Source: Eledone cirrhosa (Eukaryota). Taken from it: a stretch of DNA of 64,000 nucleotides. The position numbers and the translations under genes were made by a program. The notes under the pieces were generated by a model, which had not been told where the DNA came from, did not search any database, and saw nothing but the letters and a program-made list of their open reading frames with translations. Below, in pieces: positions 14,503 through 28,559 of this stretch (positions are counted from its first letter, which is position 1; each line of letters opens with the position of its first letter). The stretch is taken from contig OZ024752.1 of assembly GCA_964016885.1 (NCBI GenBank), forward strand, positions 21,576,001-21,640,000, written 5' to 3'.

Positions 14503-14870
14503 ACACACACATACATATGTATGTATGGGTTATATCGAACATTAATAATAATGTTTGATTCATTTGTATACAAACGAGCCTGATTAGAAGCTGTCCTGTG
14601 CTGGTGACCGGTCGTCACCTGTTTGTTCAACACTGGCTTTGAGGAACAAACAGGTGATGACTGGTCACCAGCACGGGACAGCTTCTAATCAGGTTGTATA
14701 TAAACGAATCAAACATTATTAACCACCAAGGTTATCTTTGCCTTTCATCCTTATGGGGTCGATAAAATAAAGTACCAGTAATGTACTGGGTAATTGCTGG
14801 CCTTGTGCCAAAACTAGAAACAATTATTAATATTTAATATAACCCATACGTACATATGTATGTGTGTGTA
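14503..14870. repeat. Nested fold-back hairpin with a SINE tail fragment
   Basis: ~14545-14628 pairs with ~14644-14722. Outer arms ~14503-14550 and ~14822-14870. SINE 3' part at 14725-14826. Confidence 0.8.
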
Positions 14871-15173
14871 TGTCTGTGTGTATATATATATATATATATA
14901 TATAGATATGTATGTATATATGTGTGTGTACGTATGCAGACTTACTGCTGTGCGAGAGTATGACACCTCTATAGTGATTATTTGTTGGTTGCGGGTAGTC
15001 GGATAGTGTTGTGGTGTTGATTCATTTGTTGTGTGTGTACTCGCTTGTAGCTTGCTGTGTCATGTGGTCACTGCTGTGTGATACCGTGTGGCCAGATGTT
15101 GCATGTTGCAGGTAAGGGAGTGTTCAATAAGATGATGACGATATGATAGTTCCTTGATCACGCATATCACGCA

Positions 15174-15649
15174 TGAATATATATAAATGGACCACAATGA
15201 CACCAAACCGCTATATTATTAATTTATTGAAAATAACTCACGCCAGAGTTATACTAAAAATACACAGGGATTATGTTCATTATTTGTTTGTTTGTAAAAG
15301 TAGAATTAAATTGTATTTACCAAGAAAACTTTGTGAACTTCACTGGCTTGGTTAAGAGAGAGGGAGACCAAGACATAGAGATTAGGTGAACGAGAGAGTA
15401 AGAGTCTGTAAGACCCCAAGGGGCGGCCTGTAGAAAGCAAATGTTTTACATCTTATTCTATCAGGAACTGCTTCAAATTGCCTTTTGCTTGGTCTAAGAC
15501 AGGCTATTTATATCTGTCGCTTCCTCTGTCCCCTGCCTTGAGAACCGCCAGGGTGATGTTGAGAGATCACCCATGCATAGACTTGTTTACACCAAAAAGT
15601 GACCGTTAAATGTAATCTAGGGGTCAAAGTATGGACAGATTTTGCTACA
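15174..15649 (-). mobile_element. LTR of a second family, preceded by a polypurine tract
   Basis: Minus strand GGGGGGTAGGGG|TGTAGCAAAATCTGTCC...AATAAA...TTCA. Its start resembles that of the solo LTR at 15886. Confidence 0.6.
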
Positions 15650-15729
15650 CCCCTACCCCCCTAGCGAGAATGGGCTACACCACTACATATAAATAGTTGC
15701 GACCTGAGTAAGTGGGTGAGTTCGTACAA

Positions 15730-16520
15730 TTCCACAGTTCGCGTGTTGACAGTTGGAATTGGTACTAGTTCCACAGTTCGTGTGTTGATAGTTAAACTTG
15801 GTACTAGTTCCACAGTTTGTGTGTTGATAGTCAAAGTTGGTACTAGTTCTACAGTTCATGTGTTGATAGTCAGAGTTGGTACTAGTGTAGCGAAATCTGT
15901 CCACACCTTGAACCCTGGGTGACACAGAAAGGTCAAATTCTGGGTCACCTCCTTTTCGGCGTAAACAAGTCTATGCATGGGCAATCCCTCGAGGAGGAAA
16001 ACAGAGAGAGCAACAGATATAAATGGCCTGTATCAGACCAATCAAACACTGATTGTAGCAGTACACAAGAGAATAGATATGTAAAACATTCGCTTCCTAT
16101 AGACCCCTTGGGGTCTACAGACCTTTACTCTTTCTCCTGGTCTACAGACTTCTACAAACTTTTCTCTCTCACTCTCACCTTCTCTGGCCACAGACTACAC
16201 CAGCATAACAAAGTAACAACAAAAACACCGTCAACCATTATAACTCGTAGTAACCTATTCGTTGTTCTTTTTAACTGAAGTGAAGTAAATTTTATATCAA
16301 AAGTAAACCATCTATTTTGTGTTATTTTCACCTAACAACATTTACTAACATTGCTAACATTTACTAACATTGCTTCACTTCACTAGTTCCACAGTTCATG
16401 TGTTGAAGTCGGAGTTGATACTAGTTCCATAGTTCATGTGTTGATAGTCAAAGTTGGTACTAGTTCCACAGTTCGTGTGTTGATAGTCAAATTTGGAGTT
16501 CAAGTTGACAGTTCGAGTTA
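15730..16520 (+). repeat. 39-bp tandem repeat (ggtactagttccacagttcgtgtgttgatagtcaaagtt) in the Gypsy LTR region, split by the solo LTR
   Basis: About 4 units at 15730-15885 and about 3 at 16383-16520. Confidence 0.85.
15886..16382 (+). mobile_element. Solo LTR (TG...CA) with CTAG target-site duplication
   Basis: ctag|TGTAGCG...CTTCA|ctag; it splits one unit of the 39-bp repeat. Confidence 0.8.
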
Positions 16521-16934
16521 GCGTGTAGGATTGTTGGTTCTTAAAAGATTGTTGTTACATTACGTGTGGTTATTGCCGTTTGTTTTGATTATATTATTAT
16601 TGCACTGTTGCAGTATATTTGTTTATCCATAAGGACATAATATCTGGCGATGAAAACCGTTCGAAACTGACATTGGTTATTTGACAATTTCTGCGTCATG
16701 GAAAACCTATTAGCCGCACTAGTTCAGCTTCAAGAGGAACAACTACAGGAGTTGCAAAAGCAAATACTACTACAACAACAACAATTAATTGAGTTACAGT
16801 CAATGAAGTCCAAAAATCTAGTAAGCGCGTTCACGCCAAACGGCATGGCTAACGCAATTTCTGAATTTACATATAATCTGGAAGAGGGTATTATGTTTCC
16901 TGCGTATTATAGAAGATAGAAGAAATTTTTAACA

Positions 16935-18888
16935 AGAGAAGCTAGACGTCAGGTGTACTTAGCATGCAGGGAGGCTGAGAGTAGGAGGTTTGCCAATGTT
17001 CTGCAATGGGAAGATCAGAGGCGTGCGGTGTTCCACATTGCAAGGCAGTGTGTCAGTGCAAATCAGGATGTTGTTGGAGATAAATGTGTCCGGAATGATG
17101 CCGATGCACTTAGTGTCACGAATGATCAGAAGAAGGAGGCCTGGAAATGTCATTATGAGAGACTGATGAATGTGGAGAACCAATGGAAGAGAGAGAAATT
17201 ACCCTCAGTAGATCCGACAGAGAGACCAGCTATTGAGATTGACGAATATAGGTTCCAAGAGGTGATTAAGGAAATGAAAAATGGTAAGGCTGCTGGACCG
17301 TCGGGGATAGTTGCTGAGATGCTAAAGGCATCAGGGGACGTAGGCACTAAACTGGTTGCACGCATCATCAATCAGGCTATATATGGTGGTGTCATACCCA
17401 AAGACTGGTGCAGCAGTATTCTCATAAATTGCTACAAAGGTAAAGGGGATGCTCTGGAGAGGGGTATAAAACTGATGGATCAGGTTATGAAAGTAACAGA
17501 AAGGATATTAGCACAACTAATTAGAGAAAGGGTCAAACTAGATGAGATGCAGTTTGGTTTTGTGCCTGGGAAAAGTAAAACAGATGCCTTCTTCTTCGTG
17601 AGACAATTACAAGAGAGGTTCTTAGAGAAGAATAAGCCACTATACTTAGCCTTTGTTGACCTAGAGAAGGCCTTTGATAGGGTACCCCGATCTGTCATCT
17701 GGTGGTCCCTAAGGAAACTAGGTGTTGAGGAATGGCTTGTGAGGACAGTGCAAACTTTGTACAGAGGTGCTGTCAGTAAAGTCAGGGTAGGAATGGAGTT
17801 TAGTGAGGAATTCCGGATACAAGTAGGAGTACATCGAGGTTCGGTCCTCAGCCCGCTCTTGTTCATTATAGTCCTCCAAGCCATAACAGAGGAGTTTAAG
17901 ACTGGCTGTCCATGGGAACTTCTCTATGCTGACGATCTGGTTCTTATAGCAGAATCAGTAGAGGAGCTAGAGAATAAATTATGGCTATCGAAACAGCAGT
18001 TGGAAGCAAGAGGACTGTGAGTGAACCTAGCTAAGACAAAAGTGTTGATGAGTAGAAAAGAAGACAAAACTCTGATTCCGTCAGAGAAATGGCCATGTTC
18101 GATATGCAGAAAAGGAACTGGCATAAATTCTATAAAATGCACACAATGCAGATCCTGGGTACACAAGAGATGTAGTGGGATAGCAGGCAGACTAACAGGT
18201 AGGGAGAAATACGTATGCAGTAGATGTACAGGGAAAGTTGACAGTAGAAGTCGCATTTTCAAATGCAGGCGGGTGCTATAGAAGTAGTGGATAGCTTCCG
18301 GTACCTAGGAGATCAGATTAGCATGGGAGGGAGGTGTTCCAAGGCCATAGTATCTAGAATAAGGATGAGTTGGAAGAAGTTTAGGAAGCTGCTCACGAAG
18401 AAGGGTTTCTCCCTGCGTACGAAAGGCCGGTTATTTGATGCCTGTGTGAGGAGCGCGATGCTGCATGGTAGTGAGACATGGGCAGCAACTGCAGAGGATA
18501 TGCGACGGCTGGAGAGAAATGAGTCAAGCATGCTCCATTGGATGTGCAATGTCAACGTGCGTGAATGACCCAGCATGAATGTGTTGAGAGGGATAGAATG
18601 TAGTGTGCGAGAGAGGAGACTGAGGTGGTATGGACATGTGATGCGCATAGAGGATGACCGATGGGTGAAGAAATGCCAGGAAATGTCAGTTGAAGAAAGA
18701 TGTGGTAGAAGTAGACCATGAAAAACATGGGCGGAGGTGGTGAGAACAGACCACAGATTGCTGAAGCTCACGGTGGAGATGACGAAGGACCGTGACAAGT
18801 GGAGAGATTCTGTGCTGAATAAGACCTGTCCCACTCTTGCAAGCAGGGAAAAGTGGATGTAAAATGATGATGATGATGATGATGATGA
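16935..18888 (+). mobile_element. 5'-truncated decayed RTE LINE inserted into Gypsy gag
   Basis: RT ORFs 16953-18568 with YADD and PHD finger; (GAT)n tail at ~18864-18888. gag-like sequence continues on the other side. Confidence 0.92.
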
Positions 18889-21411
18889 GTGCAAGTCATA
18901 GTCGGAGGAGCATAAAGTAAGGCTTTTACTATGCAAGTTAACTCCTGCCGAACATGAGCGTTACTGTTACTTTATTCTGCCCAAAAAGTGGAGTGAGATT
19001 GGTTTCCAAGAAACCGTGGAATTTCAAAATTTTTTGTGATAGAAGTTCATTGTTTAACACCAGGATGAAGTGTTGGAACTTAACAAAAAATGAGGAGGAG
19101 GATTTTACCACCTACGCCAGAGAAGTCAACCGTATGTGTGAACATTTAAAACTCCAGGATCTCACTCAGGATATGTTTCAATCACTTATCTTTGTGCAAG
19201 GACTTGTAGGACCTGAAGATAGAGCAATTCGAGCAAGGATTTTCTTGAAAATGGAGCAAACAAACCAAGATTTATCTCTACAGACCATCGCAGAAGAGTG
19301 TCAGACTATAGTAAATCTTAAACATGATGTGAAAAAAATACAATATAAAGACTGTGCAGAAATTCAAATGTGTCGTCCCGGGAAGCAAAGTAAAAAAAAA
19401 GTGTCAGGTCCCAATCTGTGTTATGGTTTTGGAGGCTTACACTATAAAAAGGATTGTCCGTTTAAATACCAAAAATGCTATAGTTATCAGAAACTGGGAC
19501 ACAGGAGTTTTCACTGTAGAACAAGACTACGGGGCTCAAACACAAAAAGTTCTAAGGTGTTTTCAGTGGAGAGTGATTGCGACGAAAAAACAAGAAAATT
19601 TGTGCACGTAAAAAAAAATGATGTGAATACCAAATTACAGTTAGACACAGGTAGTGATATATCGATTATAAATGCGGATACCTGAGAAAAAATTGGTAAA
19701 CCAAGATTACGTAAAACAACGAAAATAGTGCGTGGTGTAACAGACGATAAATTACATTTCTTGGGCAAAACATGTATCGATGTCACATTTCGTGGAGTGA
19801 CACACGAAGCAAAATTATTCGTTGTGGATAATACACTCAATCTGTTTGGCACAGATTGGTTGGAACTATTCGATTTATGGCACCTCCCCATAAATCTTTA
19901 CTGCAATAACATAAATGGTTGACCCGTTAAAAACAAGTCTTCAGAAAAGCTGAAGAAAAAATTTAAAAAAATGTTCCCGCAAGTGTTATAAGAGGATTTA
20001 GGTCTATGTAGAAAGACGGAATCCTATTTTCAAGTAAGTGAAAACGCGGTACTTGTATTTAAAGCAAACAGAAAAGTACCATTCGCGACAATTGAAACTG
20101 TAAATGAAGAGTTGGACAGACTAGAAAACAGTGGAGTCATCAAAAAGGTGGATTAATCGAAGTGGGTGGCACCTATGGTATGTATTAAAAAAAAAATAAG
20201 AAGAAGATTAGGCTGTGTGCCGATTTCTCTACAGGAATGAATGACTGCTTAAAAACATACCAACATCCACTTCCGACTGCAGAGGACATTTTTTCAAAGT
20301 TAAATGATGGAAACATTTTTTCAAAATTAGATCTGTCGGAAGCCTATTTACAGGTAAAAGTAAATGAAAATTGCTCAAAGTATTTGACAATAAATACACA
20401 CAGAGGATTATACAGATACACACGATTATCTTTTGGATTAAAAGTGGCACCAGCAAATCATGGATACTATGTTATCCGATTGTGAATTTGCAGTCCCGTA
20501 CTTGGACGATATTTTGATCAAGAGTAGTTCTCGTGAACAGCATGTGGAATACATAAAAGCTGTGTTTAAGAAAATTAAAGCTTTCGGGTTCACTTTGAGT
20601 GAAGAAAAATGGGAATTCTTTTTGCCCCAAATTAAGTACTTAGAGCAAATAATTGATAAAAGCGGTAGATGTCCTGTGCCGACAAATATTCCAGCCTTAC
20701 AAGCATTTCTTGGGTTGGCAAACTATTATCAAAGCTACATTCCTAATATGCACAAGTTAAAAGCATTGAACGATTTATTAAAAAAAGGAGTAAAGTGGAA
20801 TTGGTCCACTAAATGTCAGAACGCTTTTGAAGAAATAAAAAAAATTCTAATCTTAGACCTGTTGTTAGCACTTTATGATCCCAAAATGGACATCATTGTA
20901 GCGTTTGGTGTTTCCGAACATGGATTAGGTGCAGTTCTACTTCATAAATACGAAGGCGGAAGTACAAAACCAGTGGTTCATGTGTCGTGCTCGCTAATAG
21001 TGACAGAGAAGAGATATAGTCAAATTGAAAAGGAGGCCCTAGCAATTATTTTTGCAGTTAAAACAATTTCACGGGTTTCTGCCTGGCAGAAGTTTTTATT
21101 GCAAACAGACCATAAACCTTTGCTGTCGATTTATGGGTCTAAAAAAGGTTTACTGACTCATACTGCGAACCGCCTACAACATTGGGGTGTGATATTACTA
21201 AATTATAATTTCAAAATGCAATACATTCCATAAAAAAAAAATCAGTCATGCAGTCTGCCTTAGGAGATTAATTCCAAAAAATATGTTATGTATCAGCTGT
21301 GCTAGAGTGAGAAATAAAATTCTATTTTATTTTTACACATATATATATATATATATATAAACAGAGAGAGAGAGAGAGATCCTAACACATATAAATATAT
21401 AATGTATATAC

Positions 21412-21459
<48 letters not shown>

Positions 21460-21869
21460 CTGGATGTAAAGATAAATCTTAACTAAATGCTGCAGAACCA
21501 TCTAAGTAAGCTTTATAACTCTACTGCAGATTTATTATTGCAGCTATTTATTACATCAACAAACCATAATTTGCATATTTGTAACAATGGTGATCACTGC
21601 AATAACTACTGCAGTGAACTTGATTGCATCGTAGTATAAAGTTATCAGGCAGGTGCATTTGAGGTAAAGCCTTTAAAATATTTATTTCAATTGTTTTCAG
21701 CAATTCTATTGTATCATTTGCAGTGTCTCCTCCATAATTGTGTGTATGATAAACATTGGGATTTTTTTGTCTCAATAAGGTCCCATGTTAGCATGGAAAA
21801 TGGATGTTAAGCAATGATGATAATGCTGATGATGTCTGCTAAATGAAGACCTATTAAAAGAATGGACAG

Positions 21870-22060
21870 GTGGTAGATTGGCAGTATCGGTAGAGCGTCA
21901 GACACCATGCTTTACAGCATAGAGTTATGGCCCTTTACATTCTGAGTTCAAATCCAGCCAAGGTTAACTTTTCCTTTCATCCTTACGGGGTCGATAAAAT
22001 AAAGCACCAGTAATACACTGGAGAAATTGCTGGCCTTGTGCCAAAAGTAGAAACAATTAT
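21870..22060 (+). mobile_element. tRNA-derived SINE
   Basis: A box tggcagtatcggtagag, B box gagttcaaatcc, body ctttcatccttacggggtcgataaaataaag, tail gtagaaacaattat. Confidence 0.85.
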
Positions 22061-23841
22061 TTCCAGGAAAGGGTCCCAAAATTAGCCCTTTTAATACCAA
22101 CACACCATCTTGGTAAACACAGATCTGTGCTGAGAGTGCTGTTGTACTCCGTCTCTGAATGTAGGAGCCTTATGTTTCAGCTGACTGAAGTAATTCTGTA
22201 GGTGTTTCGATCCCTTCCTCTGTGACATCAGAGCTACTTGGGGACACTCACCGATGTAGGTGATGAAACTCATGCACAACAGCACAATCTTTGGTGAGTC
22301 TGATGTTGTGACTCCATCCACCTTAATGCATTAGAACAGCATGAAATTTTATTGGTTTGGATTTATGACTCTGAGCGAGACGTCTCCACCTACCTCAATG
22401 TGTTAAGTGTATCATTCATCTTCTCTTTTGAGCCAGATGTTGTAACCCATTTTTCAGCTGCCTCCTAATAATGCTCTAAAAAGGTATTTCCATTTCCTTT
22501 GCTGCCAATCCAAGACCTCTGAGGAACAAGTCAATCCTGGTTCCGACAAATCCTCTGATTCCTACTTCTATAGGGAATCAGGATGCCTGTTTTAAAGTAT
22601 ACATAGTTATATTAAAATAGTGCAACATAATTTTATGTAATATTCTAAACATTAAGTTATTAATGAAAAAAAAAAGTTATATTAAATTTCACAAAATCTT
22701 TTTTATTATTTTCAAAATTACTTGAAACATATGGCTATATATTCTTTAAGAAATATAGCAACAAAAGAGTTTGTTGATAATTACTGGTATTTTAGACTAT
22801 TGTATATGGTTCCATTCTACTTGGATTGTTACTGTTAGTTTTATTATTATTGAGTGGCCTCAGCTAGCTCTATTTTAACATCACTATAGAAACAAGGGAA
22901 TAAACTGATCTTTTAAAAAATTACCTCATCATTTCTCTGTTTAGTCATCCCATAAGGGATGGTATGTTGTTCTAAAATGTAGGACTTAAAACCTGTGAAC
23001 ATTTTAAATTCAATAATGTGTTTGGTGGGAGATTTGTTTGTTTTATTGGGTGAGTCCTATGATCTACATGGGGGATTTTCTCAGTGCTTATTTGTGTTGT
23101 TGTTGTTGTTAATGCTGTTGAGTTGGGAGGATTTTTGTTCTGGTGACTTTAGAAATTTTAATGCTTAAAATACCATAGTAAGGAGCTTTTCATAATTACT
23201 TTTTGTAGTTCTTCTTCTTCTTCTCCCACTCCTCCTACCACCACTATCGTAACTATATATATTATATATTTATGGAATAATAATAATAATAATAATATAT
23301 TACTTCTCATATATATATATATTATTTCCCTTCAATCCATAATGATTTCTTAATGTTTTATCTTTTACCTAACTCATATCTTCTGACTTTCACATCATTC
23401 ATGTTCTCTCTATAAACATAAAACACTCACCTACATAGCACTGTATGTCAATATAGCCAGGTATTTATGTGTGTATATGTGTGTATATGTGTATATGTGT
23501 GTGTGTAAATACACAAAGGCATATATATATATATATATGATAATACGCACACACATATTTATATACAATATTGTGTATTTATAAAAAGTACTTGAGAGGG
23601 GTATTCTCTTGAAATAGGATCTTGTATTTTCACTTCTATGTTCAGGTTTAATCCAAGTTTGCATATATACTCGTGTGCATATTTAAAAACACACATACAT
23701 ATTCAAATACACATGTGTGAGTGTGTGTATGTGTGTGTGTATATCTATATATCTATATCTATAACGAAGGAAATGTGGTAAGGAACCAGATGGACCATAA
23801 CGCACCAGAGTACTCAATACTTAGGGTAGTAGAGTGGGTAA

Positions 23842-23966
23842 TAGGAAAAAGTATGACTCCGACGGTATAGCTCAAGCCGTTTCGACGGCTATTTCTGGAC
23901 TATTTCAGTCCAGAAATAGCCTTCGAAACGGCTTGAACTCTGCCGTCGGGGTCATACTTTTTCCTA
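23842..23966. repeat. Near-perfect hairpin of a pLTR-like repeat (same family at ~7260-7340 and ~41680-41735)
   Basis: ggaaaaagtatgac..tttcgacggctatttctggac / gtccagaaatagcc..gaaacggc..gtcatactttttcc, with a short loop. Confidence 0.85.
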
Positions 23967-24085
23967 TATCTATATCTATATATATATGACTGAATATATA
24001 ACATTCTTTTTCTCAAAAGAATTATTTCCTTTCCTTCCTCTTTTCACTCTCTATCTTTCTATTTTATCTGTGATTTGTCACACTA

Positions 24086-24121
24086 TCTTTTGATGAAGGA
24101 TTAGTATCTGAAACGTAAAGG
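24086..24121 (+). ncRNA. Degenerate minimal hammerhead motif
   Basis: tctt-(T)TGATGA-A-ggat(tagt)atct-GAAA-cg-TA-aagg. Stem I pairs; core C3 is mutated to T. Confidence 0.55.
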
Positions 24122-24509
24122 TTCTTTTCTTACAAGCATTAAACTAATATATTTCTTCAATATACTATGTTATTTGTTTTGTTGTTTCCACTTACATTTT
24201 TCATACCCCCCTCCAAAAAAAACACACACACACGCACACATATATTAATTTCAAAAATACTGACAATTCAAGATATTGTCAAACTGACATATCTTCGATT
24301 CTTTTGAAATTATTAAATAACAGCACTACGTGATCCCCATTGCATTGAGCTTTTAATCAGCCTGTAAAGCAGTTTAACTATTCCAGTTAATAATATTGTT
24401 ATTACTACTATTAAATATATATATATATATGAAGTAATTCCGTCAGAAAGGTCCAGGAAAAAAGAGTGCTCTATCTATGTTACAGAGCTTATTAGTTATG
24501 TAATAAACA

Positions 24510-25719
24510 ACATAAGATAATTATTTCATTTACCAGTGGTTTCTTGAAAGCAAACAAATTTACTTTCATTCATCAGAATGAAAAAATCCTGGTGTATTTA
24601 TTGAAAGTGGATTTGCAAAACAAAAATATAATAAATATGAAAGTGAGGCTGGAGAAAGAAGAACAAAAGGAGAAAAATAAAAATAAATATAAAGGTATAT
24701 AAACACACATGCACACATACACACATACGCACACACACATATATATATATACATATATATACATATACATATATATATATATCTCCATACATACACATAC
24801 ATATAAATACAGAAACACATATATATATATATATACACATATACATATATATATATATATGGTGACTGCCAACTCGTTTTCGAGTACGGCCACTACTTTA
24901 TATCCATGTAGGAGAACCCCTACCGATGCGCTGAACAAGTGTGACTTTTTAGTCCAGCCAGCGACTTGAAAACTCTGGTACAAACACTACACTTGTGACA
25001 ATTATTGAGACATAGTGCTGGGGCCATGGTACCATGTGATGACAAGTGCAGAGAGATCTCCAGATATAAAGCAATGCCTGTGCTGTGAAGCTTTTATAGT
25101 GAGCAAAGGCACTGCACAAAGCCAGTCCCACTCTCTTAACCAAGATGATATTTACCAGAAAGAAGAACAAGTCAACATCATTGGATACCATCAGAGTTGC
25201 AGGTGTTATATCAGAGTTTTCCTTCTCCTAGAATTCTGCCTTGACAAAGGCTAAGGGGTCATCTCTACCGGTGATTTTGGATGGCCATTGACTCTTAAGA
25301 GCTCCTTTGCCTTTTGACAGGTTTAGTTTTTAGTCCTGCAGGATGTCCAAAGTCACCCTCCTCACCAAGAAACGTTGGTGGGGTTGCCAGTTTAGACGCC
25401 AACGACCCGACCATGAGACAGGTTGTACTGGGATACATGTTACCAGTAGCACCAACTGGTGGCCTGACATATATATATATATATATATATACACATACAT
25501 ACACACACATACATACACACATATACACACATACATACGCACACACATATAAGATATATATACCTACATACGCAATCACATACAAATAAACATATCAAAA
25601 TAAAAAATAAGAATTATGGAAATAAAAATGATTGAGTTGACAGCAATACAGAGGAGGAGAAAGGCACAAATAAAAAATAAATAAACAAACACACGTGGTA
25701 AGCAAATGCACAAGATAAA

Positions 25720-25773
<54 letters not shown>

Positions 25774-26165
25774 GCATACACATACAACATATAACACATA
25801 CACAGAAAAATACACACACATAAATATATACAGTACAAACATATACACAGAAAAGTGTATACATACAAATACATATACACGCACACATAAATACATACAT
25901 TTATATATATATATACACATATACACACACATATATTTATATATATACACATATACATACATACATATACATACACACACATATATATAAAAAAACATAC
26001 ACACATATACAATTCACATTCATACACATGCATATACTCACAATCACACGAATAAGAACATATATATAAATGTAGGTGAATATACATATATCGAAAAACA
26101 TAAATACATTCACGTACACATATGCATGAGAAAAAAATACATATAACCACATACACACACACATA

Positions 26166-26251
<86 letters not shown>

Positions 26252-26491
26252 CATATATACATATATATATATATATAAAAATAAAAAGGTGGAAGGGGTA
26301 TTCAAATAGTTGGGAATACGACAAATAATAAATAAAGGTATAAATGTTTATAGCTGATTTAGAGCACTCAACAGTTACTGGAGCAAATAATCAATGAAAA
26401 TAAACATTAAATAACTCTGTATGTAATAATGCATATACATACATATAAATACACACACACACACACACACAACCATATACATACAAATATG

Positions 26492-26556
<65 letters not shown>

Positions 26557-26674
26557 CACACACTTATATACACACACACATATATACAAAAAGTTACATC
26601 ATCACATAAATAAAAATACACACACACACATATATAAACACACACACACACATATATATACATATATATACACA

Positions 26675-26738
<64 letters not shown>

Positions 26739-27465
26739 AATACATACATACACACAGAAATAAATAGCGGTGGGTATGTAAAGGGTAAGATAGAAAATAG
26801 GGGGGAATAAGTAAAATAAATAACATAGGAAAGATAAGGGAGAAAAAGAATATAAGAGTACAGAAAGTGAGTTCAGAGAGTAATAAAAATCGTAGTGGAT
26901 GTAAGGCGTAAAGAGCAAAGAAGAAGTTCAAGGTGGTTGGGTCATCGTAGGAATGTCAATCCAGTTACAGAGCAGATGTGATTTCAGGTGAGGACAACAT
27001 CTGAAGATCTCGGTCTTGGAGTGGCTTTCAAATTTTGTAGAATTCTAAATTTTTCAGTGGTACGCAAAGAATTGTTCTTTGTGTACCACTGAAAAATTTA
27101 GAATTCTACAAAATTCTTTGTGCTCCTTTGGCATTCCCTCGAATGGTCTAAAATAGACCAATCGATAGAGTGCGGGATGTTTTTATCTTTGAATCCTCAC
27201 ACCTTATTTGCGAAAGCCGTTGCTGTACTTTTATCAGAGTGTTTAAAAGAGGCGACATGTGCATAAAACCTCGTTTTGAACCTGTCCTGAGTCATGCCAA
27301 CATATCGTTCACTCCTGGCTGGCTGGTTGTTAATGAAAGGTGTCACTTGGCCTCATATACAACGGATTTGGTGTTATATTTGCCCTGTAATGGGCATTCA
27401 TCCGGCTTCCTGCAACTGCATCCTGGATTTATTCTCGTACGATTAGAGTTGGTAATTTTAGACTT
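24510..27465 (-). mobile_element. Decayed PLE (CxCx5C-linker, Hydra-like type) with long microsatellite-rich 3'UTR/pLTR
   Basis: The minus strand at ~27340-27430 reads PGCSCRKPDECPLQGKYNTKSVVYEAK. An inverted copy of its 3' part lies at ~27950-29340. Confidence 0.7.
24860..25469 (-). mobile_element. Non-autonomous bipartite RTE-type element, copy 2
   Basis: Reverse complement of 952-1560 with the same ends. Inserted in (TA)n and absent from the inverted duplicate near 28330. Confidence 0.8.
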
Positions 27466-27478
27466 TTTTTTTTATATG

Positions 27479-27520
<42 letters not shown>

Positions 27521-27523
<3 letters not shown>

Positions 27524-27950
27524 GGAGGGTCATATTTGTGTAATATTGCCAGAATTAATAACAGAACACACTCACTGTTTGGTTGGTTTTCGCTTTTCGT
27601 CTCTGTGTCTTTTATATCGGTTAATTTAATTTATTCGGTCCTCAATGTTGCCATTGACTGACCAACGGTCAAAAATACAGATACAATATAGACACATAGA
27701 CTATATATATATGTGTTTGTGTCTATATTGTATCTGTATTTTTGACCGTTGGTCAGTCAATGGCAACATTGAGGACCGAATAAATTAAATTAACCGATAT
27801 AAAAGACACAGAGGCGAAAAGCGAAAACCAACCAAACAGTGAGTGTGTTCTGTTATTAATTCTGGCAATATTACACAAATATAACCCTCCCCAAGTATAA
27901 CAATATTTGTTTCGACACACGATTTCAAATCAAAAACCTCGCAAAACTAT
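27521..27950. repeat. Inverted pLTR pair (same family as 41755-43380 and 29385-29500)
   Basis: 27521-27697 is the reverse complement of ~27715-27893. Confidence 0.85.
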
Positions 27951-28559
27951 ATATATATGTATATATATAAATGTATGTATTTATGTGTGCGTGTATATGT
28001 ATTTGTATGTATACCTTTTCTGTGTATATGTTTGTACTGTATATATTTATGTATGTGAATTTTTCTGTGCATGTATATATGTATATATATATATATTTAT
28101 TTATTTTATCTTATGCATTTGCTTACCACGTGTGTTTGTTTATTTATTTTTTATTTGTGCCTTTCTCCTGTATTGCTGTCAACTCAATAATAATTTTTAT
28201 TTCCTTAATTCTTATTTTTTATTTTTATATTTTTATTTGTATGTGATTGCGTATGTAGGTATATATATCTTATATGAGTGTGCGTATGTATGTGTGTATA
28301 TGTGTGTGTGTATGTGTGTGTATGTATGTGTGTATATATATATATATATATGTATATGTATATATATGTGTGTATATATATATATATATGTGTTTGTGTA
28401 TTTATGTATGTGTATGTATGGATATATATATATATACATGTATATGTATATATACATGTATATATATGTGTGTGTGTGTATGTGTGCGTGTGTGTTTATA
28501 TACCTTTATATTTATTATTCTTTTTCTCCTTTTCTTCTTCCTCCAGCCTCACTTTCATA

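Larger units (their letters stand above)
14920..21320 (+). mobile_element. Decayed Ty3/Gypsy LTR retrotransposon (LTR, PBS, gag, protease, RT, RNase H; integrase missing)
   Basis: PBS-like tggcga at ~16644. gag starts at 16698 and resumes after 18890, with CCHC-knuckle remnants. Protease LDTGS; RT FSKLDLSEAYLQ and YLDD; RNase H YSQIEKEALAIIFAV and TDHKPL. Many stops and frameshifts. The 5' boundary is approximate. Confidence 0.9.

Noticed and set aside
21870-21960. tRNA gene
   Set aside because: The A and B boxes are followed by a SINE body and tail, and there are many diverged copies. These are SINE heads, not tRNAs.
22090-22590. Possible L1/Tx1 remnant or hammerhead (minus-strand CTGATGT..GAAA at ~22205-22235)
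   Set aside because: Too degenerate: the core is mismatched, there are no supporting stems and no diagnostic protein motif was found.
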